A stretch of 63,395 nucleotides of DNA, filler included, from Licmophora abbreviata (GCA_900291995.1; 16 parts of 16 records of this genome joined end to end with filler, not necessarily neighbours in it); one strand, 5' to 3'. Shown: positions 11,148 to 22,947, counted from the whole stretch's first letter. Program-made: numbers and translations. The notes: a model not told the origin generated them from the sequence alone.

Positions 11148-12950
11148 ATGGCGCTGCTGCACTGGCTGTTGCATCAGAAGCCGTATGCTCGTGCCTGGAG
11201 TCCTCGCGTCGCACGCTATCGTCCTAGTCGGTCATATATCCTGTATCCACGTGCAAGCTGTCGACTCGAGGCGGCAGTGACCCATAAGGACGATACGACT
11301 CTGGGCAACAAGCCATCTCTGTGGAAAGGAGCTTCTCATGCGTCGTCGGAGTTTGTCACGCACGTGATTGCCAGCGACGATGCACCGACAGTCGCCGATG
11401 CCATTCAATCGGTGTTGGTAAGACCAAAGGACGGTACAATGGGGATAGGCGCATCGGAAAATTCTACAAGTTACTCTTCTCCGCGGCTGCACGTTCCGCT
11501 CGACAATTCGCTCCTGCTTCCGGAGGATCTCCTCGAGCTGGGGGCATGCTGGTTCCTGCCGGCATCGGCGCCCCGCGATCCGGCGTTGGGTGGCAAGGTG
11601 CGTCTCTTTTGTATGGATTCGCCTACCTATACAATCTCTGCTTGGCTCAACTCTGATTGCCTTTTACTTTCTGCGTTATTGCAGCCCGTTCGATTGTGTG
11701 CAGCGAACGCGACGCAAGTTCTCGAGAACGGAGACTATCTGAGGCTTCATCACTCACCTCGTCGGTTTCCACAAGCGTATCAATACAGTTGGACGGCATG
11801 GCACCCAGTCGCTCATGGGACACCTAGCGCCGGTCCTTGCGGTAGCAGACCGGGCGTTGTGGTGGCACGTAACGACAAAAAGGGGTTCTGGGTATTGGAC
11901 AAACCGGCGAATATTCCGGTGCATCCCACAGTGGACAACGTCCTGGAGAATATGGCGGAGCTGATGCGACGAGAGAGGCAGTATCAGCACAATGAGAGTG
12001 AGGTGTATGTAGCGACTCCGCAGAGATTAGATCAGAACACGTCGGGATTGCTTGTTGTCGCGACGAAGAAGATGTTCGCCTCGTATTTTGCCAAACTTTT
12101 GAGACGAAAGACAGACCAGCAATTGTCCTCTGACGACTCTCGGGGTAGCTCAAGAGAGGCCATTCATAAGACATACCGATGTCTTGTTTGTCTAAAGCAA
12201 GATGGGGAATCTTCTGTGACAGATGACTTGACACGTCTTCGGAACTACGCGGAAGATCGATCGCTTATCCGACACTATCTAGAGCCATCGATTCGCGCAC
12301 CGAAACATTTTGCACAATCTCGTGCAGATGATACCTGGGCAGAATGTCTTCTACGTTTAACGGGTGTCGGAGAGATGTGTGCTCTCGTAGGAAGCGCCGC
12401 CAGCAATGAATTGTCCTTGGCTTTGTGGAGTCGAATAGGTACGCTTTGTGGCTACATCATTGTGTTCGACTAAGTGTTCTGTACGATGTCTACGCGCTAA
12501 CGCAGGATCATCCTTCTTCCGTCAGATTCAATTCCATCGGGATGTGTGGCTGTCGTGCAGCTCGAGGTTGAGCTCTTGACTGGCCGGACACATCAGATTC
12601 GAGGGCAGCTTGCCGCCGAAGGCTTCCCTCTCGTTGGAGACGCGCAGTACGGAGGAGCAGCTATGTCGATATCACCAAAGGATACCCAGTATTACGTCGC
12701 TTCGGAACGGTTAGCACTGCAATGTTGTCGGCTTGAGTTTCTTGATCCGGATTTGGTCGTGAAAGAAGATGGGGAAACGCTTGCGGTTCCATCCGATCGC
12801 TGGAACTCATATCAGTTGGAGGAGAGCTGGTGGTCCCCCGCTCTCCGATCATATCAATCTCAGTCGCGATCATCTGCAGCGATTCCCATATCAGATGTGA
12901 GCATCGATTTGGAAAGACACGAAGGCCCAGGCGAATGCTCGGACTCATAG
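11148..12950 (+). CDS. RluA-family RNA pseudouridine synthase; predicted introns 11598-11684 and 12439-12525; start uncertain
   Basis: VLDKPANIPVHP, catalytic QRLDQNTSGLLV, KTYRCLV, LLTGRTHQIRGQLAAEGFPLVGDAQYG and LALQC. Confidence 0.9.
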
Positions 12951-13333
12951 CACCCGTGAAGCACTGTCCCGAAGCTATCGACAAAATCGAGTGGAAAGAG
13001 ACATAAGAGCTATCCTTTTTTGCACTTATGGGCAGTGGCCTAATCGGCTACGAAGAGAACCTCGGGCTTGCAAAAGCGTAAGGATTCAGTTACTGCGTTG
13101 GCGGTTAGCGCACTTTCTGTTGACAAAATGATCGCAATCTTCGACGCATCGCTTTTTCTGCACGAACTTGCGATCGCTAAACTGATTTCGTTCGCATCGG
13201 GTCGTTGGTGGGATTTGCATATTGCCGTATGCCNNNNNNNNNNNNNNNNNNNNNNNNNNNNNNNNNNNNNNNNNNNNTTAATTAATTAANNNNNNNNNNN
13301 NNNNNNNNNNNNNNNNNNNNNNNNNNNNNNNNN

Positions 13334-14292
13334 ATGTCGTAGCTCACGTTTATCTCGTCCTGCAAACGTCATCAGATAGGGTCGCGAAGTTTCGTTGCAC
13401 ATGTCAATCTCATGGACCTGCTCATCGGTCAGTTCGACTGGACGGGGTGCCGGGGGTGGGAGTCCTTGATCCAAATTTCGGTAGTGTTGGTTTTCGCTGG
13501 CCGAAATAGAAGCCAGTGCTACACGAGGACTCTGTGTTTCTTCTCTGGATCCACAATTCTGTGGTCCATTCCCCGCGCAGTCAAAGTAGACGATCTTGGC
13601 ACCCGCCGGCGTTCGCATCACCGGAGATCTCAACGCTTGCCGCATAGCGTCGCAGTGTCGTCTCCGTCCCCGAAAACTTCCTCGGCCGAATTCCTCGTCA
13701 GAGTTGGTTTCAAGACCGCCGTCGGCGTAAATCGGGTAGTTTCGTTCGAAACAAGTTTCAATGTCGAGAAAGATGTAGTACGTGTCACGTTGTCGATCGA
13801 CATTCGACCTGAGTTCAAGTCTTCCCAGGCGGTCGGGTGGAACCAGGGGTGATTCATGACACCTTGTAAAAGTTCTCGTGACCGCGTGGTACGTATAAGC
13901 CGCAACCCAAGATCATGATCATCTCCGTTCCAGCCAAAGTTGGTGATCATTAGTAGAGCCGGTGGCCAGTCGGTGTCGGTCGGTTGGAGCCAAACTCTGT
14001 GCACGTCAGTTGACCAAGAAATAGTCTTGTCATTCCTCAGTGGGAAGCTCCCATTACCACTGTTTAGATTCGAATTGTTGATTAGCAAATCGGACTGGTC
14101 CGAGATAGAGTTGACAGCCTGTGTGGAGTTTGTGATGACTATTGTTGGGTCGTCGCCGTTCTGCGACTCACTGCCAGGAGAGACAAGATACATCGGCACA
14201 TGTCTCGACAAAATCGAGAACTGATAGGCCGCGAGCAAAGCTACGATAAAAACAAGCAAGTAAAGGTCTGGGCAATGGCACCGTGTACTCAT
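13334..14292 (-). CDS. Type II membrane protein, probably exostosin-like (GT47) glycosyltransferase; frameshift near 13780, 3' part lost in gap
   Basis: N-terminal TM anchor and stem. Restored frame reads NVTR-YYIFLDIETCFERNYP, then DQGLPPP and RPYLMTFAG. The open frame at 13086-13233 may be its C-terminus. Confidence 0.55.
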
Positions 14293-14625
14293 CTCTGGGT
14301 CTCAAAAGTCTAGCTTTGTGGGGTCACTTGCCGTCCCTATTCGGGTCATCATCGTCGCAATGTCATCTTCACAAAAAGGAAAATGCTTCCGGAATAAAAA
14401 GCGCGCCAAAACTCTAACTTGTCATGGGTCACGAGTTGACCCTTTCCCGTATGACGTCAAAGGATTCCGATCTTCGAAATTTCGCAACTCGGCGGCAAAT
14501 CTTGAATCTGCGCTACGAGCCGACTTTGGCGGTTCAAAGGTATCATAAGCTGCTAGCGCGATGTTTTTAGAGGCACCAATACATAACAATGTTCTTCTAC
14601 AATAGAATGGTCCCTCCTCGCGTAT

Positions 14626-15329
14626 TCATTTACTGTCCCGGCAGGTATCCGCTGGCAGAATCGAATTTCCGATCAGTTCGTGGGTGACTAATCCGGTAAT
14701 CCCCATCATGGCAGCTCGGCCGTTATTGAGCTCAATGTTACGCTTGCGGAGCTTGGTCGCATCGTCCAGGGTGTCCCATCCAAAGTCGAGACCTCCGTTG
14801 CGATAGTCACCGACGAATTCTGCCTTGGCGTCCGTCCAAGGGGCATCACGGTTAATAACCTCGGCCACTAGGAAGAAACCAAGCATCTGGAACAAAACAT
14901 TCTTGCCATCCTCAGTCGCGAGCAAAGAAGGGAATGCTTTGAGGCCGTCGGAAGTGTAATCATCTAGTCCAAAAGTGCGGAAGCCAGAAGCGGTGGTGAG
15001 GTAACCAACGACAGCCAACATGGAAACACGTCCATGCTTCAATTCGCACTCCCTCAGTCGATCGAAAGATTCCTGATCAGCATCCTTAAGCAATCCCATA
15101 GGATCAAAGAAACCAAGCTACAGATCACAAACAGCAGAGCAATCGTTAAGTCAGCACCATGGAGCAACAAACGGGTGGAAATTCGTTAACTGACATGACT
15201 ACTTACCGGTGTAACGACTCCAACCTCACTCGAAAAATCGGCGGAAAGGGCTGTACTACGGCTCTTCTGTGAGGAAGGAGCAAAGGCCGCTGAGGACACA
15301 ACGAGAGCAGACAGGATAGCAAGCTTCAT
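14626..15329 (-). CDS. LHCF: Fucoxanthin-chlorophyll a/c light-harvesting protein (Lhcf-type); intron 15118-15206
   Basis: MKLAILSALVVSSAAFAP plastid presequence, P|LGFFDPMGL, RLRECELKHGRVSMLAVVG and ELNNGRAAMMGITG. Confidence 0.96.
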
Positions 15330-16112
15330 GGTAGTTAGTTAAGTAGTCGATTTTCGTTTCGAACGAAAAAGTGAGGGGAAATGTGACGGGATGGGGGTGA
15401 CGTGAGGGAAGACTGAGAAGAAAAGATCGCGCTTCAACTTTGAAACAGGAACAGACGCGGGCACGCGCCAAACAGCGATTCACGAGTAAGTTTATTCTCG
15501 CGGGACTCAAAGCTATCCCGGGTCCAACCGAACCGACTGTGCCTTACGAATGGCTGGGGTCTAATATGGTTGCATTGCTATCGCATTTTGGTAGGCACGA
15601 CCTTAGAACTGTGCCTTCTCTAATCAGATTCGAACCCCCATATCCACAACCTGCCTTTTGGTAGAAGCGGCATATCGAGATGGCGATCGGGAAGCGACAG
15701 GATTTAATTAGTAGTAAGTACTTTCTAATAAGGTCATAAACAATGAATGGCCAACGATGTACAGAATAATGCTCGTACGCTTCCTCGACAGCCCCACCAA
15801 AATCAAGAAGAAAGAGTTGGAGATCGAGTGGAAAATGCAAGATCAGTTCGGTGGAAGCGAGCATGATCTCTCCTGTCAGATGCCGATCTCTATGAAGTAG
15901 GAGGTGACTACAACTGAATCTGCGAATACGGATGCATTCGTTCTGTTTGTTTGCGGTGCGCTACGTTCGACACGTTACTTCGTACAACTGATCCTATTTT
16001 TGGTAAATTTACACATGCCTGCTGGGTGGGGTAAAGAGCGATATCTCTCATCCGACACGTCCCGTTGCTAGTATAACACACATACTTGTCGTAGCGCTGG
16101 TACAGGAGCACA

Positions 16113-17186
16113 TCATGCTTCGTAGACGTCCCCAAACAATTCAAAGCCCCCACCGTGCAGACCACTTTCCGTACCGACCTTGCGGATGCGGAAGAAGCGG
16201 TAGAACGCGCCCAGTGGGATGCCTTGGAGTTCATACGTACGCCGATAATGTAGTTCCGCATACGAGGTCAAGAATGAAGAACAGTCTTCCGCGCTCATGC
16301 CTTCGCTTTCCAAGTTGTAGTCGTGCGTGCGTCTCAATGCCGCAAGTTCCTCACCTGATATATCAGGAATGTAGCAGTCGCTCTTGGCCTCGTGTAGAAT
16401 TACCCATACTTCGCCGTCCGTAGATGCTTCGAACGCCCAGTCTGCCGTTAGCCCACCACAGTCCCCGTAGCGCAAAGAGTAGTGAGTTGGGCGCAGGCTC
16501 ACTTCTCGGAGATCGACATAGATCGACTTGTCCATGTCTTCATCGCCGAAGCTCAATGGAGAGTCTATCATGAGCCAGGGAGATTCGGTTTTCGGGCGAT
16601 ACAGAACTAGATCCGCCCTTTTCCTGCAACCCATGGAGACATCCCACTCATTGTCCAGGTCACGTACTCGATCGGTTCGACTGGCAATCGTCTCGTCAAT
16701 ATCTCCGCCGATATCAATGGCGCCCAGGGCGTAGGGGTTCTGATACTCCTTGGACCTGCCTCGGTCTGTCCCAAGCCAGTATAGGACTCCCCTATCGCCA
16801 CCTGGAATGTCACTCGCGGCCGGCGAGCACGAGTACGTGACTTGCAGCAAGTATCTGAGATCGTCCAGTCCATAGAAGGTAGCTTCCTCTCGTAAGGCCC
16901 TCCAGAGCGGCCTATTTTCGTTGAATTCGGGCAGCTCTGGGAGCGCATGGGTCCGAAGATACTCCAGCACGTATTCGAAGGTGCGACCATTCCGATCGAT
17001 AAAGTACACGTCCCGCCCTCGGTCGTCGCGATAGGCATCTCCTGGAGGCAGCATGCTGTCAGGATGGAATCTAGCAGCAAAGTAGGAGCCTTCCGCGCTA
17101 GTAATGGTGGAGCGATGACAGTAAAACACGCGGCCGCCTACATCGAGACCAATCACAGGGTCGCGCGGTGTTACTGTAGAGCTCAT
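16113..17186 (-). CDS. KCTD-type BTB/POZ protein with C-terminal discoidin/galactose-binding-like domain
   Basis: IGLDVGGRVFYCHRSTI...SYFAARF...YFIDRNGRTFEYVLEYLR...LREEATFYGL. Then GVLYWLGT...YQNP, RPTHYSLR, WAFEASTDGEVWVILHE, YRFFRI and GFELFG. Confidence 0.88.
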   Translation of the reverse strand: MSSTVTPRDPVIGLDVGGRVFYCHRSTITSAEGSYFAARFHPDSMLPPGDAYRDDRGRDVYFIDRNGRTFEYVLEYLRTHALPELPEFNENRPLWRALREEATFYGLDDLRYLLQVTYSCSPAASDIPGGDRGVLYWLGTDRGRSKEYQNPYALGAIDIGGDIDETIASRTDRVRDLDNEWDVSMGCRKRADLVLYRPKTESPWLMIDSPLSFGDEDMDKSIYVDLREVSLRPTHYSLRYGDCGGLTADWAFEASTDGEVWVILHEAKSDCYIPDISGEELAALRRTHDYNLESEGMSAEDCSSFLTSYAELHYRRTYELQGIPLGAFYRFFRIRKVGTESGLHGGGFELFGDVYEA

Positions 17187-17699
17187 GTAGATACGACTAT
17201 CGCTCCTTGCAGCTTCAGCGAGAGAGAGAGAAAGCTCGAACGTGATTCTGTCCTTGGAAGTATTGACTGGTGGGAGGACACCAGCTCAGGGGTATCGTCG
17301 CCGCAACAATAGAGGAAGAGGTTCTGCAGCTAGTACAATAAAGAAGGGCAGCAGTGTGCAGACCCCGGCGTGAACCTCTGATGAGTTTGCTGTCGGATTT
17401 ATCCCCGACGTCTTCTTGAGCACTCCTCAGCGCATGCTACGAGTCATTCACGAATGTGTTGAAATTGACGGTGAACTCAATGGCTAGTAGCGCTGGGAAT
17501 GAATGACGCTATATAAATGCTAGCGCACGTGGATCGCCAAGTTAAAGTCACAAAAGCACACCAGAAAGCGGCGAAGAACAAAGAACAGAACTCGGATGCA
17601 AAACACCCGGAGATAAAAAATCTTGTAGACTTTGACTTTTGATGTTTTGATTTTTTTAACCTTTTTTTGTTTTGAAACTTTGGAAACGCGGGATGGGTG

Positions 17700-19075
17700 A
17701 TGGCTGTGTGTCGACTGTCGACCTTCCACAACACGTTGCTCTTACCGTACCTCGTCCTTGTCTACCTCCGTTATTTCTCACACATAGCTTGTATGAGAGC
17801 TGTCGATACACTTGTGTTTGCCTTTTGTACGTTGAGAAACGCCGCCCTCCGATACAGTCCAAAATCAAGCGTGACGCTTGTATTATTAGCTCCGGCGCCG
17901 AAACGACACTCCTACACCACCATCATCGGCACACGCGCCGCCGGAGCTCTTCGTACAGTCATGAGTACTGCAAGCCTTAACGAAGACAGTGGCGCAGATT
18001 CGTCTTCTTCGCCTCGCATTTCTCCAAAGAAGAACTTTGTCCATGGCAAGGACGACGCCTTGTTTGGTGCCATTGAACGTCAACAGGGCGACAGACCCTT
18101 TGGCAAGCTACTGGATGCCGGTACGGGTCTGCACTCGCTTCGCTGGATTGCCACACTGTCGGAAGCTGGTATGACGGACTTTACAGCGGTTACGGCAGAT
18201 GAAAACATGAGACGGAGTGTCCAACAGGAAGCCTATCACTTGGGACTCTCCGACGCTGGAAAGATCATTGTCGGAAACTGGTTCTCAGGATCGACGACTA
18301 GTACTGACAGCAATCCACATCAACAGTCGCTAGACGAGCAACTGCTTCAACAAAAAGAAAAGTTCGATACGATTCTCGCTGACTACTTGATCGGCGCCAT
18401 GGATGGCTTTTCTCCCTATCAACAGGACCAGATNNNNNNNNNNNNNNNNNNNNNNNNNNNNNNNNNNNNNNNNNNNNTTAATTAATTAANNNNNNNNNNN
18501 NNNNNNNNNNNNNNNNNNNNNNNNNNNNNNNNNACTTGATCGGCGCCATGGATGGCTTTTCTCCCTATCAACAGGACCAGATGCTTCCCAAACTGACCAA
18601 CCTCTTGAAACCAGGCGGGCGTCTCTACATTGTTGGCTTGCAGCCCCTCCCAGATCGCGTGACACCGCCGTCGCATGATACACCCGAGGAGGAGTCCTAC
18701 AACAACGATGCCAATATCATGTGTCGTGTTCGTCAAGTACGCGATGCATGCATCTTGCTGGCGGGTCATCGGTGTTATCGCGAGTACCCCGTGAGCTGGA
18801 TTCATCGACAGATTCAAAACATTCCGGAACTCTCACTGTGTGCGACGAGCGAGTTTCCCATTCTCTACAAGCATGCCACGATTCTCAGACAGATCAATGT
18901 CGGGAGAAGTAAGTTTGCCTTCTTTCCGTCCACGGAACTGGTAGATTCGATGAAATTGCTTCTGGACGATCTGGAGCGACGGAGTCTGGAGGCGACACAG
19001 AGAGCGCCAACTGGGAGTATCACCCTTGGGTTTGACTATGTCGTGTCAGCGGAGAAACAAATGGAAGAGCTATAA
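17700..19075 (+). CDS. Class I SAM-dependent methyltransferase-like protein, split by a spacer whose flanks overlap by 49 bp
   Basis: LLDAGTG motif I, FDTILADYLIGAMDGFSPY and LLKPGGRLYIVG. Bases 18385-18433 are repeated at 18534-18582, and collapsing them gives one ORF. Confidence 0.8.
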
Positions 19076-19230
19076 AGACTGATTCAATAGCACGGTGATT
19101 GCTGATCAATGTTTTAAAGACAAACGGTAACTAGCATGCTAGGATGAAAACCCGCTGGTAGCTTTTGTTGACACCTACTCGGAGTAGGAAAGTGGACATG
19201 AACGGGAGGCAGCACGTTTCATAGTGTAAT

Positions 19231-21351
19231 CTACCAATCCCCGCCGTATCCATCGCCAGTCGCCAACGCATCCTTGTGACCGCCCGCCACACGGCGTGCG
19301 TCTTTGTCAATCTTGGGACAGTCAACAATCGTGTGACCCAGACCACCACAGAACGAACATCCGCCGCCACCAGTATTTTGTTCGCGTGGATCATCCAGCA
19401 TCATGAGCACAGGCGGAATGCGCTGGCGGGCTTCTCGAAGCAAGTGTTTGAGATCCAGTAATGTCGTCTCTTCGCAGCTCTTGTTGATGAATGTAGTCGC
19501 AACTCCTGTCTTGCCACATCGTCCAGTACGGCCGATTCTGTGGACGTAGTTTTCAATCTCGGTCGGCATATCATAGTTGATGACATGCTGAATGGCAACA
19601 TTGCCAAAATCCAATCCCTTGGCCGCTACATCCGTAGCAACTAGTACGTCTTTTTGTCCCTGCTTGAACAAGGCAATCGCTTCATTTCGCTCCTCCTGGT
19701 CCTTGCCACCGTGAATGCTCACCGCGTCAACACCCTTCAGTAGCAAGTACTCGTGAATGTCATCGACGTCACCCTTGCGCTCACAGAAGATGATGGCAGG
19801 CGGTGCTGTCTTTTGGAGACAGTGCAACAAGTACACAATCTTGGCTTCTTGTTTGACGTACTCAACTTCCTGAATGACATCCAATGAAGCGGCTCCTGCG
19901 CGTCCAACATTGACCACAATCGGCTTGACCAGTGTATGGCGTGCAAAGTCCTGAAACTTTTTCGGGAATGTCGCCGAGAATAAGAGTGTCTGTCGCTGAT
20001 GCGGAAAGTGATTCATAATCTCCCCGACTTCTTCATCGAAACCAAGATCCAACATTCGATCGGCCTCATCGAGACACACGAACCGACAAACCATGAGATT
20101 GACGGACCGACGCTTCAGCACATCGCGCAGGCGCCCGGGCGTCGCGACAATTGCGTGTACACCCTGCGTCTGAACTATGTGCAGCTGTTCCTTGACCGAT
20201 TCGCCTCCAATCATCAGCTGCGTTCGCAGCTGCGGGAATCCCTTGAACGACGATACTCTCTCGCAAAACTCGTTGACAACATCGTAGGTTTGACGCGCCA
20301 ACTCGCGCGATGGCGCAAGAACAATCCCCGTGGGACCCTCCCCCGGTGCCAGCGGCATGCGCAACTCTTCTTCCAGTGCCGCCATGACGAGGGGCAGAGA
20401 AAACGTGATAGTCTTGCCGCTACCGGTAAAGGCAATCCCGACCATGTCTCTTCCCGCAAGTGCCACTGGGAGTCCCTGCATTTGAATCGGCGTCGGTCGT
20501 TTGATTTTCTTCTCCTCCAAGGCGTCCAAGATGGGTTTCGGAAACTTCATATCCACAAATCTCTTGAGCGGAGGCGGCACATCCATCCCCTCCACTTCCA
20601 TATGCCACTCATCCCTCGCCTTTTGCCATGCCTCTTCTCCCTGTTTCATAATATACCTCGGCACCGTCCACGTCGATGGCATGGGCTTGGTATAGACAAG
20701 ACCCTTGGCCAGTTCCGATGCCGCTTGCAGTGCATTCGTTTGCACCTGAGAGGCCTCTCGCAAAATCCTAGCCTCCTCGTCATGCCGCTGCGATTCTTTT
20801 CGTTCCTTGTCGGAACGAGTCGCCTGCAAGGCTGCAGCTTGGTCCAAGAGCGACTCGACATGTGTCTCTTGTTCGTTTTCTGGTTGTTGTTCTTGTGTTT
20901 GGGAGGATGGATCGTTCTTGTCGTCGCCGTTGTTGCCAGGTGAGTCTTTGTCTAGAGCGTCCTTCTTCTCTTCTTCCTCTGTTTGCCTTTGTTGCTGTGT
21001 ACCCTGCGGCATCATGAGGGCCCGCGCTTGTTTATTTCGAAGCTGTGCCGTAATACTACTTGGTTTGCGAATCGATCCCTCGTCGCCATCTTGTAAAGCA
21101 GACTTGAACAATTCTTCCTGTTCCATGCGTCGTCGCTTTGCTACAGACACGAACGGAACGTACGCATTGTCGTTGGCTTGCTGCTGGTGACGCGCATCGC
21201 TCGCACCAAAGGTATATGTGTCTTCCTCGTGATCAATACTGTCCACCTGTTGTTGTTCTTGTTGTCTACGCTTCCGACGTCTCTCTTCTCTTTTTTGTTT
21301 CCATTCTTCGACGGACGTTTCGTTCTCTTCCAAAGAAGAAGAAGAAGGCAT
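19231..21351 (-). CDS. DDX41: DEAD-box RNA helicase DDX41/abstrakt
   Basis: Q motif PTPIQMQGLP, AFTGSGKT, PSRELARQ, TPGRL, DEAD, SAT, HRIGRTGRCG, GRAGAASLDVIQEVEYVKQEAK and the zinc knuckle CSFCGGLGHTIVDCPK. Confidence 0.96.
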   Translation of the reverse strand: MPSSSSLEENETSVEEWKQKREERRRKRRQQEQQQVDSIDHEEDTYTFGASDARHQQQANDNAYVPFVSVAKRRRMEQEELFKSALQDGDEGSIRKPSSITAQLRNKQARALMMPQGTQQQRQTEEEEKKDALDKDSPGNNGDDKNDPSSQTQEQQPENEQETHVESLLDQAAALQATRSDKERKESQRHDEEARILREASQVQTNALQAASELAKGLVYTKPMPSTWTVPRYIMKQGEEAWQKARDEWHMEVEGMDVPPPLKRFVDMKFPKPILDALEEKKIKRPTPIQMQGLPVALAGRDMVGIAFTGSGKTITFSLPLVMAALEEELRMPLAPGEGPTGIVLAPSRELARQTYDVVNEFCERVSSFKGFPQLRTQLMIGGESVKEQLHIVQTQGVHAIVATPGRLRDVLKRRSVNLMVCRFVCLDEADRMLDLGFDEEVGEIMNHFPHQRQTLLFSATFPKKFQDFARHTLVKPIVVNVGRAGAASLDVIQEVEYVKQEAKIVYLLHCLQKTAPPAIIFCERKGDVDDIHEYLLLKGVDAVSIHGGKDQEERNEAIALFKQGQKDVLVATDVAAKGLDFGNVAIQHVINYDMPTEIENYVHRIGRTGRCGKTGVATTFINKSCEETTLLDLKHLLREARQRIPPVLMMLDDPREQNTGGGGCSFCGGLGHTIVDCPKIDKDARRVAGGHKDALATGDGYGGDW

Positions 21352-21714
21352 GGCGGTGCTATAAGGATGACGAGCGAATGCGATGAAACTGGAATCACAA
21401 CAACACTACCATCCCCAATTTATACTTTTTGTGGATGGGTTCGATCGAAACTTTGGGAAGAGTGGCCGCGCAGCAAAAAACGACGCGCGCTCTCGTTGTG
21501 CTTTCGGATCTCTTTGGAGTTCGAAACCTGAACCGGTCGGTCTGTCATCCTCCGCTAGTCTAGAACGCTCCCAAAAATCCATCTCACAAAACTTAAACAG
21601 AGACTGCCACTCATGAGACGACGGCATCACTATAGTAGACTACTTTAGAACGGCGGCAGCTGGTGGCCCGACTAGGGTACTTTCATAAGGGATGTCACGT
21701 TGAAACGAACGACG

Positions 21715-22947
21715 ATGCGTCTCTGGGGCTTACGACCAACCTGGATTCTGTTGATGCTCGTCATCCGTCACCAACACTGTGACCCATCAGACGTCGCCGC
21801 AGAAGCATCACAGTCCAAACTTCGTCGCTGGAGAGCAAGAGGCATCACCGCATTCGCTGCAGCAGTTCCACCTTCTAGTAGTAGTTCATCCGAGCAACAG
21901 GAGTATCCCATTACTACTAAAGCTAGTCTGCCGATGCTTCGATACCGCGCTCGTGTTGCCTACGATGGAAGTCGTTTTCACGGATGGCAATCTCAGGCAA
22001 ACAACAACCACGAAAGACCCACGGTGCAGGGGGCACTCGAACAAGTCCTATCGCAACGATTCCGTCGCAGCATACGTATCGTCGGAGCAGGCAGGACCGA
22101 TGCCGGTGTACATGCGAGAGGACAAGCGATTCACTTTGATTTGCTGCAGACGGAAGTGGACGAACTCTTAACGAAAATGGAGCACAGTACGTTCAAGAAC
22201 AACAACCACAACGACAAAACTGCAATGGCCTGTCTCGAACGATCTCTCAATCGAATGCTACAGTCGCAACAAGTGAGGGTCTGGAATGTCAGTATGGCAC
22301 CACCGCCCACTGAAATTGTTCTTTCCAAGCCGAAGTATGCGTCGTCGTCCAACACTACCACCAAGGTCCTTCCATGGCATGTCATTTACCATGCCCAGAA
22401 AAAGTTGTATTCTTATCGGCTCTGCATTTCGCGATCCATGATGGATCCCTTGGAACGCCATTATCGGTATCATGTCGATTGGGGGACTAAGGAGGATGAT
22501 GTGACCATGTTGGCACGCATCTTGCAACTCTACGTCGGAACGCATGACTTTCGAGCTTTTGCGGGTGCGATTGAACAAAAGGAAAAGAAGCAGGGTGGTG
22601 TGCCCGTGGGAACAGTCAGGACAGTCTACAAGGCGGAACTTGTGTGTGAAGATCAACACCAGGGCATGTATCGCATCGACTTTCTGCTCAAGGGTGCGCT
22701 ATACAAGCAAGTGAGAAACATGGTTGGAACGGCAATTGATGTATGTCGTGGGCGCATGGAGGAAGAAACTTTCCGTAACTTGTTGAATCAACAGCCGGAG
22801 ACGCCCGAAAGGGACGATGAACAAACGACTACTGCTACTATGCGTCGTCGTCAGTTTGTCAGGGACGACAATCCTTGCAAGCCTGCTCCTCCCCAAGGCC
22901 TCACGCTCGAACACGTCTTTTTCGACGACGATGATGATAACTTCTAG
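21715..22947 (+). CDS. truA: tRNA pseudouridine synthase, TruA family, probably organelle-targeted
   Basis: VAYDGSRFHGWQSQ, TVQGALEQ, GAGRTDAGVHARGQ, GTHDFRAF, LYKQVRNMVG and APPQGLTL. Confidence 0.94.
   Translation: MRLWGLRPTWILLMLVIRHQHCDPSDVAAEASQSKLRRWRARGITAFAAAVPPSSSSSSEQQEYPITTKASLPMLRYRARVAYDGSRFHGWQSQANNNHERPTVQGALEQVLSQRFRRSIRIVGAGRTDAGVHARGQAIHFDLLQTEVDELLTKMEHSTFKNNNHNDKTAMACLERSLNRMLQSQQVRVWNVSMAPPPTEIVLSKPKYASSSNTTTKVLPWHVIYHAQKKLYSYRLCISRSMMDPLERHYRYHVDWGTKEDDVTMLARILQLYVGTHDFRAFAGAIEQKEKKQGGVPVGTVRTVYKAELVCEDQHQGMYRIDFLLKGALYKQVRNMVGTAIDVCRGRMEEETFRNLLNQQPETPERDDEQTTTATMRRRQFVRDDNPCKPAPPQGLTLEHVFFDDDDDNF

Noticed and set aside
15621..15645. GGTTCGAATC B-box/T-loop on the minus strand suggesting a tRNA
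   Set aside because: The T-stem does not pair, and no acceptor, D or anticodon arms can be formed.
17355..17400. ACCC...TGAACCT and CTGATGA suggesting a TPP riboswitch or hammerhead ribozyme
   Set aside because: It lacks the CTGAGA and TAAT..GCG.AGGGA elements of TPP, and has no stem II/GAAA geometry for a hammerhead.
17540..17685. A-rich followed by T-rich tract as an inverted repeat or MITE
   Set aside because: Complementarity is only low-complexity, with no defined terminal repeats or target-site duplication. It is compatible with a divergent promoter.
19999..20943. Long antisense ORFs (e.g. 314 aa opposite DDX41, 240 aa opposite NPRL3, 220 aa opposite lacZ)
   Set aside because: They are shadow ORFs of well-supported genes and carry no recognisable motifs.
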